Source: a virus
IMG/VR virus record: IMGVR_UViG_3300030110_003594
Span: 1 to 64,000 of that record
DNA length: 64,000 bases
Strand: one strand, 5' to 3'
Positions within the stretch are counted from its first letter, which is position 1. The number at the start of each line of letters is the position of its first letter. A model generated the notes under the pieces. It had not been told where the DNA came from, searched no databases, and saw only the letters and a list, made by a program, of their open reading frames with translations. Below are positions 26,901 to 38,900 of this stretch, piece after piece. The position numbers and the translations under genes are program-made.

Positions 26901-29900
26901 ACTCTATTGTGTTTTCTTTTATATTGTATAAATTCATCAAATGTAACTGGCATATTTAATATTCTTAACGCACCAATAATTGCAGCAGAAGGAAGTTCTT
27001 CTTTTCTTTCTAAAACAGGATCTACTATATTACCTCTAGAATTCCATACTTTAGTTGCCATATTAAGAGTAGTTCCTTTTTTTCTTGATTCTTTTATGGT
27101 ATATTCTAAGTATTCTTGATATTGTTCATTATCATTTTCTGTTTTACCATATTCTACAAACTCCCCATCCTTTCTATAGAACTCTTTAAATTGTATATAT
27201 AGTTTATCAATATCAAAGTCAGCCCCAGATATTTCAATTAAATCTGGAGGAAATACTCCTGAAGAACCATAGAATACTGGCATAAAGTCTACTAACTTAA
27301 GATTAACTGATGAGTGTTTATCTTGTGATGGAATACGTGTACCAAATCCTTTTGATACAACATCTGGTATCATCTCTCCAGTTTTAACATTTTTTAAATC
27401 TTGATGATAAGCAGGCATCATAAACTCTGAATATACTAATCCTGTTTCATTTCCATTTTCATCATATTCTTTTACGTTAGCTTTTAATTCATCTACATAT
27501 AAATCATTAACCTTAATACCATTAAATGTTTTATTTTCTTTATCACTCCAATCTAAAAAGTCAATTTCTGGTCTATTTTTAAGATTTTTATAATCATCCA
27601 TTCTAATAACTTCCCATCTACTTGGTTGTTCAGTTACAGGATCTAATTCTATAACTTTTTTAATTACTTTCATTCCTACACCAGAAACAAGAGCAACTGA
27701 TTCACCATTTACTTTTTCACTTAACACGCTTTTAGTAAAGAATGACATAAACAATTCTTGGAATTTATTTATAGTTATAGGGTTATTTAAATCAAACTTA
27801 GGAGCTCCAGTACTATCTGTTTCAAATAGTTCCATAAATTGTGGACTTGATCCTGATGCTGCTAAGCTTTCTTGTGCATACATTAAAAATGCTTGAAGAT
27901 CTGGAGTTACTTCTCCAAGTCTAATACTTTCTTGTAGTTCATCTTGACCTTTTTGGAAATCAAATATTAAATTTCTTCTGTTTAAATACTTAATTTCTAC
28001 TCTATTACTAATAGCATCATTATAGATTTGTCTAATCTTTCCTATTGAAGTCATTTTTCCAGCAAACATTACTTCAACACTATCATCTTGTTCACTTGTA
28101 ATAAGTTGTTTTATTTGTGTTGGGTCAATAATAATTTGTTTATTAGATGGATTTATTTGTTGTAACCTCATCCAACGTGCATCTAAATCTGTTATATCTT
28201 CTGGTCTTAATTCTGGATTACTATCAAATGCTCTTTCATTAGATATAATGTTTTTCTTAATCATTTTAGATGCAGATTCTGGAGCAGCAATAGCTATAGT
28301 TTCTTCTCCATCTTGTTCAATTTTTTCTAACTTTATTCTAAGATTATGCATAGCTTCTCTACCAGGAAGTGCAGTTGCAAATTCAGTTGCTGGATCAGAA
28401 CTTAATGCTTTAGTTAATACAAAAGCAGACATTTTTAAAAATGTTTTACCATCAGCATATACTAATTTTTTTGAATTAATAATAGCATCTAACTCTTTAT
28501 ATCCCTGCTTTGTTAAACCTGAACCATAAAATTCATCTATACTAATATCTTCACCTGCTTCTATTCTATCTAAAATTCTAGATTGTGCAGTAGTAAGAGA
28601 TCCAAAACCAAACATCATATATCTAAATGCTTTAGGTGTTATCCACATTTGAGCATCAGTTTCAGTAACAGGTGCTCCTTCTTTACCTTTTCCACCATAT
28701 TTAGGAGGAGTTTCAATATCTGTTAATGTAACAAGACTTATATGTTTAGTTGCATGATTTACACCATGACCTCCTATTATATTATCATTTTCATCATATC
28801 TATAAGGGGAAGCAACAACACTGCTAGCATTTGGTCCAGCAGCATTTACAGCTTTCATTCTTTTAATTTCATCTACTGCATCTTTAAAACTCATAGATGC
28901 ATCACCTAAAAGAATTTGTTTTATTGACATTCTATTTAAGTAATCATTAAAGAATATTTGTTTTAAATTATGATTATCAGGATTATTTACTTTAAGGTTT
29001 AATAGATCCATAGACTTTTTAGTATTCCTGTTTGTTTTACCTTCAGATGTTTTTAATTGATTTAATAACCTACTGTCTACTTGATTAATAGCTTGAGTAC
29101 CACCTGTTCCAATAATAGTATTGAATTCATCAAATTCTTGCATCAACCTTGTTTTAACTAACTCTGTAATATCAACTCCTGTATCTTCTTTTATTTTCTT
29201 TTTAGCTTCACTATATGTTAACTCTCCTTCTCTTGCAAGATTTTGAAGAGCTTCTATAATAGAATTATCAGTTACAACTTCAACATCTCCTATAGTTGTT
29301 TTTTCTATTTCTAATTCTGATTGAGGAACAATTTCCATTACTCCATAACTTGTTGTACCCTTTAACCAATCTCTTTGTTTAGCAGTTCTTACATAATAAG
29401 TTTCTGCACCAAGTGATACTTGTTGGTTATTTTTTGCACTTTTTATATCAGATATATCATTACCTAATAATTCTTTAATCTGATCTATACTATATGACTC
29501 TGCAGACTGTACTCCTCTATATGTAATTGCATACATTACTTCTGATGGAATCTTATTTTTTAAAGTATAAACAGGAGTTAGTACTGTCTCACCTTGATTA
29601 AGACCTAATTTTGTAATTACTTTACCTTCTCTTAATAATATTTTAGCACCACCATCTTGATTTAATCCTTCTATTTCTTGTGGACCAGCTGTAATTTTTA
29701 TTTCTTCTCCTACTTTTCTTAATGCCTCAGTCTTTTGACTTTTACTTTTTAGTAGTTCTTTTGTTTTGTTAAACTTAGCTGCTCTATCCTTCTTATTATT
29801 TTTATCATTTATATTATTTGGATTAAAATCATTATAACCTTTTATTTCATCTTCTGTATATCCTTCTTTTTCATTTACCTCACGGTCAATTCTGTTATAT

Positions 29901-32900
29901 TCATTTTCTATTTCATTTTCAATTTTATTAACATACTCATCTGTTAGTTCAGATTTTCCATCATTTAATTCAACAGAAAATATTATAGGTAATGGTACAA
30001 AGTCAGCTGTATTAGATTCAGATATAACAGTTATATTTGTTAAAGATGTTGTAAATTTATTAGTTATTTTAGTACCATTATCATCAAAAGTTTCATATTT
30101 GGTTTCTTCTACTTTACCATTCATATTATTATAACTTGATAAATATAAATTCATCATTTGAGATAAGAAATCTTTAGGTGTAGAGTCACCAAATGAAATA
30201 GCTTTTTTATCTAAATCAATACCATTAGAAGATTTAAATCCTTGTTCATGTTCTTCCAATTCAACTAATTTTTGACCTGATACTCTAGATACTCTTAATT
30301 TTCCATCTATAGCTAATTGTCTAAATCTAGGATCATCTAATAAATAATTACTAGAAAGAAATGCATCTTCAGACATTAAGTCATCTAAAGCATGCTCACT
30401 ATTTAATTCAGCAACTTTTTCTAGATTATAAGTTGGCATCTGATGTGCATATATAAGTTTACCTTCTGGATTTCTAAATACTGTTGCACCTACTGTATCA
30501 TCAAATATTGCATTAAGTTGAGCAAGCTTTTTAATTTTAGATTTTACATCTGTACCTTCTGCATTTACTTCTTCTTCATTATTTTCAATAGACTCATCAC
30601 TCATATCATAAAATAAGTTTCCTTTTTGAAGTCCACTTTTAGTTAAGCCATGATTTGAAATAGCAACTTCTATTTCATTAACATCATCAAGATTAAATTC
30701 TAATAATTCTCCACTAAATGTTTTAACAAATTGTGATTGTGCTTTTGTTTTATTAGTTATACCATTGTTAAGTATCATAAATTTAACTGTTAAATAACTT
30801 AACTTAATACCAATAGTATTAAAAATTTCATCAGCTATTTCTCTTGATTTTGAATCTAATTGTTTTTCAGAGATTCTTTTCTTTCCTGCTAAAAATTGTA
30901 TACTACCCCATGGTGTTTGTGCAGCACTTACTGCTTTAGGATCATTATTTAATTTTTCTAATTTAGTTGTATAATTTTCTTGCCACTTATCTGTTTGAGT
31001 ACTAGCATCATCTCTATGATTTGCTTTAAATATATTAACAAGACCTTTTGTTGTATCTGTTTCAATATATAAATAATCTGTTCTAAATTGTGAAAAAGCT
31101 TTTAAAATACCTTGGAAGAATGATGCATTTGTTATTTGTTTGAACTTAAATTCACCTTCTATAAGTTCTTCTAAAGTAACGTTAGACATATTTATTCTAT
31201 CAAATATAGCATTAATTACTGCACTTGCATCTGGACTTGATTGTGCAAATAATTTTAATTTAACTAGCATTATTTGAGGATTTGTAATACCAGCTAATGA
31301 TTTCATTAATGCATTATAAGCTGTTATATAATCAACAGGAACAGAAACTAATTCACCAGTGAACTCATCTTTTACTTGTTTAGTTTGGGTTGCAAGAAAC
31401 TTACGTACAGATTTACTTAAAGATTTAAAACCTCCAATTTCATTTGCTGCAGATTCATATTCTTCTGTAGTTTTTACTGAACCATCTGGAGACATATCTG
31501 TTTTCTCAAGAATCTCAAGCTCTTGAGTTGCATCCATATCAAATAATGTTAAATATTCATTAACTGAATTTATAACATCATCTTTATATTTTACTAAAGA
31601 TTCATGTCTTTCTTTTAATCTATCTTTAAAATCACTCCAATTATCTCTATCTGCATAAAAGAATTCTTCTTCTCCTTGTGCATTTATAGTTGATCTTTTA
31701 GGATTATATTGATGATTATATTCATTTACTGTTTCTTCTAATATTTGCTTAGGATTATATTGACCATCAAAATCTTTTTGTTGAGAAATTTCATCTACTT
31801 TTTGCATGTAATTAGCTCCTATTTGAGCTACAATACCATTTGTTTCTTCTTGATTAAAGTAGTTATTAATATAAACAATTCTACCATCAGGGATAATTTT
31901 TCCATCTTTTATTACTGGTCTAGGACTTGCAATAGGTTTTCCTTTTTTAATTGCTTTCAATGCTAGATTAGAAGGTATTCCTGTTTTTACTTCATTATCT
32001 AGTTCAGCTAAACCAGTTAAACCCTCCATTGCTGATAAAGTAAATCTATTTTCTTGTATTGCTGCATTTTTAAACTTACCTGAATCTATACTTGTAAACA
32101 AAGCATTGTATTCTAAATTGTTAGGTGCTATAAATATACTTTTAATCCACTCTAATATACGTGTAAATAAACTTTTTACTTCTGAACTTGCTCTGGATGA
32201 TCTTGGGTTTGTTTTAAATTTTTCAAATTCATCTGCTAAATATTCTTCAAATACTCTATCATTAAGATCTTTATCATTTAGAACTGCATATGATTTTGAT
32301 AAACCTTTCAATATAGATCTAGCTTGCTCCATTGTTTTAACAAATGTTCCAGGTAAAATTTCATAGCCTTTTGCAGATCTCATTTGTTTTAATACATCTG
32401 TTTTTGCAAGAGATAGATATTTTTTAATTTCTTGTTCAGTTAATAACATTCTAAACACCCCGTGAAATGCTTCATGGTATCTATATGAAGTTTGTCTTCC
32501 TGTATATATATGACCTCTAAGAGATTCAATTCCATCAGATACATTCTTGAGTGACATAACAAATGCACCAAGAGTAATACCATTAGCTTTTAATCTTCTT
32601 GCTAAACCATCTACATCTTGTATATTTATAAAGTCAGGTAAGTTTCTTTGTGCCCATTCAAGAAAGATATTTATATCTTCAACATCTCTACTATCAAAAT
32701 TATCTACTACCTTATATCCTAATTGACTTTCTAATTTAGTTAGTTCTGAATTTAGTTTAGATAACTCTTCACTTACATCTAACATATCTTCTACTTGTAA
32801 ATTTAATTTACCTTTTGATATTGTTGGATTTGCTTCTTTTATTTGAGCTCTATATTCATTTTCTAATTGTCTTTTCTTAGCTGCTATTTCTTTTTTCTTA

Positions 32901-35900
32901 TCTTCTATCTTTGTTATAATATCAGGATTATCAGATTCTGCTTGATTACCTTCTTCATCCTTTTGTGTTGCAGCATCTTCAGATGAAATCTCATTATCTG
33001 ATACAAGACTTTGTCCATGTGATTCTTCCCATGCTTTGACAATCATTTGTTCTTGAGTACTTAATTTATCACCTGTAATAAGTTTTTTTCTTATAGCATT
33101 TATAATACCATCTGGAATATTTTCAAATTCTTTTTGCATTAGATCTTGAAATATTTCATTTGTAACTGGAGTTTCAGCACCAGTTCTATCTGGATCTATT
33201 CTATTTTGTTGATCTGGACTTAACCTATCCCACATCTTAGGATTCATTACTGTTTTATAATCATTAACTTTATCAGATGTAACAGTATCTTTTGGGTTTA
33301 AATTGTCTAAAGCTTCTAATGCAGTAATATTTTCATCAGCTTTTATATTTAATTTTTTACTAGCTGGACCCCACATTTCTGCTTTTTCATTCCATTGTTC
33401 AAATATAACTGAACCGTCTAAATAAGTTTTAGCTTTATATTTAATAGTTGTTACACCATCTTCAAAAGTATAAGTAAATTCTTCTGTTCCAACAGGAATT
33501 TGATCATCTTTATATCTTGGATTTTCATTTTGTCTTTCTATTTCTTTATCATAGAATTCTTCTGAAGAATCTTCTTGTGTTTGATCAATTTTAAAACCAG
33601 ATAATTGATTTGCTATATTTACATCATTTGTATAATTTAAATCAGCTATTTGTCCCCATACAATATCTGGTATTACTCTTGCTGATACTCCAGCATTTAT
33701 TAAATCCATTGGATCTGAAATATTCTTAGGAAGATTAGGAGTGAAACTATCTGTCTTTACTGTTATAGGCATTTCTACAAATTCTCCTTTACCAGTTTTT
33801 TTATGTAAAGCTTTTTCATCTTTTTCATTTGCTTTCCAATTTGCATTTAATGTTTCAACAAATGTTTCTGCACTTACAACACCTTCCATAATAGCAGCAT
33901 CAAGAGCTATTGTTCTTGTTATACCTTCAGCAAGTAACATCTGTTCTCTTTCAACTTTAAATATTAATTGACCAAATTCATTGAAGAATATACTTACATC
34001 ATCTCCTACAACATCTGATAGTATATAAAAACTTTCATTTAACTCTTGATTAATCCTTTCTACAAATGCTTTAGAAGCTGGCTTATCAATGTATTTACCA
34101 TCTTTAAGATTATGTTTTAATATCTCCTGTTGTTTATTTTTAATATCTTGAGCAATATCAGCTATAGCTTCATTAGGAAATCTATCTACTTTTAATTCAA
34201 AGAAATGTATATCACCATTTGGAAGTTTTATAACTTGAACATATCTTCCCATGTTTAGATCTCCAACACTGTTAAGACCTCTTGCTTGTAAAGCATTTAA
34301 TATTTCATTATCTATTTTTCTACCTTTCTTACTACCTGGATCTATAGTCCACATTCTTGATGATGCTCTTCTTCCAGTAGTACGTGATCTACGTGTATCA
34401 TATATAAGAATTTCACCCTCATATGTATTTGAATTTTCATCTAGATCAGCCCATGGTGTAGATGCATTTTTACCTTTTAATGTTGGATTACCTTTACTAT
34501 CAATTCTATATCCAGTATATCCTCTAGTGACATTTAATTCTATATTTTTTAATTCACTTATTTTAATTTTTGAAGCCTGTGAACCTTCTAGTTTATCTGA
34601 TAACTCTTTAGTAATTAATTCAGCCTTAGCATAGTTTCTTCTAATTCGTGCAGCTATTTCATTTGCATCCTGACCTTTTGGTATGATAAATAATCTTTTA
34701 GCTTGTTCAGTTGTAATTTGAGATCCAACTATAACTGATCCGTCTGTATCAAATAATATAGATACACCTAACCCCATTAGTTTACCAATAGGTTTATTAC
34801 CTGACATTATAGTTACTTCAAACTCATTTTGACCTTGTTTAATTAATTCATTTACTGAATAATTTTCATTTGCTGGTTTAAATTTTAAGTTTCCTGACTC
34901 AAGATCTTTTTTAAATTTATCATAGTTAGGATTTCTTTCAACAAGAAGTGTTAAATTATTTCTTTGTTCTGGAGTTAAATTTTTAAGATTATCTTGAAAC
35001 TGTTGATCAACATCTTCAGGAGTTGGATACATATTATGTAATGTATAACCTGGTAAAACTTTACCACCATCAAATGGATATATTTTTATAGGTTCATAAG
35101 CTGTAAGTTTTGTAGTTAATGAACTTGTTAGATCTACTTGTTCATCTCCTTTCTTTTTCCATTTTTCATTTTTAAACTCTTGTTCAGTAAGATAACGTCT
35201 ATCATCTTCACCTTTTTTTGATTTAGCTTTATCTATAGGAACAATGTATAGATTGTTATTATTTCTAATCATTCTTGGATTAGATCTAACCATCCATTCT
35301 TTTCCTCCAGAATCTACAATAATATCTGTTGTTGAAAAAGTTTGACCTGCAAATTCAAAAGTACCATCTTGTGGCATATTGTTAAGCAAATATTTTAATG
35401 CTGCAAGAGCATCTGCTTTTTTAGCATAAGTTCTTTTTATAAACTTATTATTAGGATCTAAATTTTTATATTTATCAACTACATTTACTGCTGAAGTTCC
35501 TGGTGTTGAGGTATCTACTATACTGTAATATACACTAGGTTTATTAGTGTCTTCATCATATATAGTTGTTTCTATAACTGTTATTCCAGTAGCTTTATCT
35601 GTATTTATTACTTTTTCATTAGACTGTAGTTTGTCTTTTTTAAGACCCTTGTCTTTTGATAATATTGTAGATACATCAGAAATACTAACTCCGTTCTTAG
35701 TTAAAATACCATTAGTTCCTATAACTAAAGGATTTCTTTGATTTGCAATTATCCAATCATCTAATGTAGGATTTTTTTCTTTTACTTCAGCAGACTCAGC
35801 CTGATACATTTCATTTAGTTCATATCTAGACTTTATAATATTTTTACCACCTTTATCAGATGCCACCCATTTATTTTTATCTAATAGAGGGCCTTGTTCA

Positions 35901-38900
35901 GAACTCCAACCTTTTTTATATTCAAGATAAGCATTGTCAATAATTTCTTGAGTTCCTTTATCTTGCATATAGAATTGTTGATATTTTGATCTACCAACTA
36001 TACTATCAAAATCTGGTTCTTGATTTTCATCAGATGCTTCTTCATTTTTTGTTTGTTCAGATTCTTGTCTTTCTTCTGATGTTTCATCAGTTTTTTCAGC
36101 TTTATCTACTCTTTGAGCTTCTCTTAAATTTTGTTGGAAACCTTCTATAATTGTCCAAGATGTAGGATCACTTTCTTTTGTTATTTTACCTTGATCATCA
36201 AAATATTCTGTAGGCATTGTACCATCTTCAAAGAATTTTTTTGTTTGAACTGGATCAGGTTGAATTCCTTTTTCTGCTAATGCTTTTATAAATTCCATAC
36301 GCTCTTTATGAGCATAATATTTTTTAACTCTTAATAGTAGATTATTTTTATCTCTATGTGATTCCCATACAGATTTCATAATATCAGATAATCTTTCTGT
36401 AACTTCATTTAAATTGGAAGGATCCATAAGAACTGACATAGCTTTATGATAATCTGTTGCTCTACCTTTTAAGTAATTCCAATCTACTATCTTTTTTAAT
36501 GTTTCATCTAATTTTTCATTAACTACAAAATCATCATTTGTTTCAGCTAAAAATTGTAAATAAGCTACAAATGCTGGTTTAAGTTTTTTTATTTTTCTTT
36601 TATCAAATCTACCTATATTTCTACTTTTTGTTCTATATACTACTCCATCTTGTTCACGCTGATCATAATACATCTGACCATTTGTATATGCTTGATTTTC
36701 AGGTGCCATTATAACATCATAGTAGTTTTGTAAAAGCTCTAATTTCTTTTTCTTTTTCTTTTGTAATTCTTTTTCTTCTGGTGTTTTAGCTTCTAAAGCA
36801 AGTTCTTTTTTTAATAATGCTAATTCTTTTATTAGACCTTCTCTAGTTGTTAATGCAGCTATATCAGTTGCAGAAATACTTTTTAATACTGGATCAGAAG
36901 ATAGTGAATCATAAATATCATTTGCTCTTATTAATGATTGTTCAAATGTGTCTTTAGTAAACATCATCATCATCTTTGCATTTTCAAATGCAAATGATTT
37001 TATTTCTTCTTCATGATATTTTCTTGTTCCTTTCTTATACCTTTTAGGATCAAATGGATTTACATACTCATCTTTTAATTTATTATAATTAGTTTCAATC
37101 TCATCCATTCTATTTAACATCCTATCAATACGTCCTCTAATTTTTTGAGGAGTTGAAGAAACAGAACTGAATGCTTCTTTTAAAGCTACATCATCTAATT
37201 TTTGAAAATCTTTCATTTGATCTTTAAAGTGATGTAGTTGACCACTTGCCATTACAGTATATAAGTGTGAAAATATAGAATGATCATTAAAGTCCATAAA
37301 GCTAGTTATATCATTAGCTCCTGCTGCTTCAAACATTGCACTGTTTAACTCTTTCTGAGTCATAGCATTTAACTTCTTAATATCAAAATATTGAGAAGGA
37401 TCATTATATATTTTATTTAATCTCTCTACAGTATTTGCTACTTGCTCATCTCTTTTTGCTCTATAATCAGCAAATTCTGTAGTACCCATTACTTTATCTT
37501 TACCCCATCTAAATAAATTTGGGGTAGTTTGCATAAGGAATTTTTGAGGTCCTTGAACTAATCCCCCCATTAAAAATCCTGACATAAATGTATGCAATCC
37601 TTGACCACTCATTTGTGATCCTACACCTCTTTTAACTGCATCCATAACAGACATAGCTGTAGGTCTATCTGTATAATCATAATCTCCAATCCATGATTTT
37701 CTAGCATTTTGATAATCTTCAGTCATATCAGCTAGCTTAACATCTAAATCAATACCCATAGGAGAATCATATAGACTTTTATAATATGCTTTAACACCAT
37801 TAGCTGTAGCTTCTTGTGAAAGTTCTTGAACACCTTCTGCAAGATTTGCTGTAGAATATTTTAATGCAGTAGCACCCATATGTTTAAAGCTTCCTTTAAA
37901 TCCAGCCTTCCACATTCTTCTCATATTCTCACCAATAATCCATTCTCTACCAAATTCTTTAAATGGATTTTTAGCTCCTTTAGCTGCTGATTTATATACT
38001 CTACTTAAAGATTGATCCATTAGCTGACCCAAAGGTCTAAATCCTCTTAATGCACCGTCTAATACTAATTTATTGCTTAAGAAAATAATAGGAAGATTTG
38101 TTAATTGAGTTGTAAATGCTGCAGCTCTAGCATCACTTACAATCATTTCCATTTCTTCTACAGATGGATCTTCTCCATCTTTCATATTCATAACTTCTTT
38201 ATATAATTCTTCACGCATTTCCATCTCCACTAATCCACCTTCCATTTTAGATTCTGCCCAAGCTAAATTAACTGCTCTTAAATCTCTATAGAATCCACCA
38301 GCAAGTCTAGAAGCTTTAGCCATTTGTGTTAAATTATCACCTGCTTTAGCTGAAGTTCTTATAGCTTTTAATTGATATAATGTTTCAGGACCAAAAAATC
38401 TAGCCATTCCCATACCAAGTGCTCTTCCACCAGTTTTAGCTGCTTGCCAAAAAGCTTTTGCATTATCAAAACTTTTAAGTTTTTGTAACATTTTAGCACC
38501 ACCTGTTGACATTCCCTTTAAAGTAGTAAATAGTTTACCAAGTCTAATGGCATTAGCACCTGTTCTTGCGGCTGCTACACCACTAGCTGCTCCACCAGAA
38601 AAATATGTAGCAGCAGCTAATACCGCTTCTTCTAATGCAATACTAGAAATAATTCCCATTGTATAAGAACTATTTAAAAATAAATCATTAAAGAATCCTC
38701 TAGTTCCACCACTACCTGATCTACCAATTCTCATTGCATCATCCATAGTTTGTGCACCTAACATATCTGCTTGAGTTATATCTCCTGAGAACATATCACC
38801 TATAGATCTCCAACCTGATGTAAATGCTGGTCCAAAAGTTGCAGACCATTGTCCTCTTGTTCTTGTAAAGTTATCCCATTTACTAGAGTTTGCTTGATAG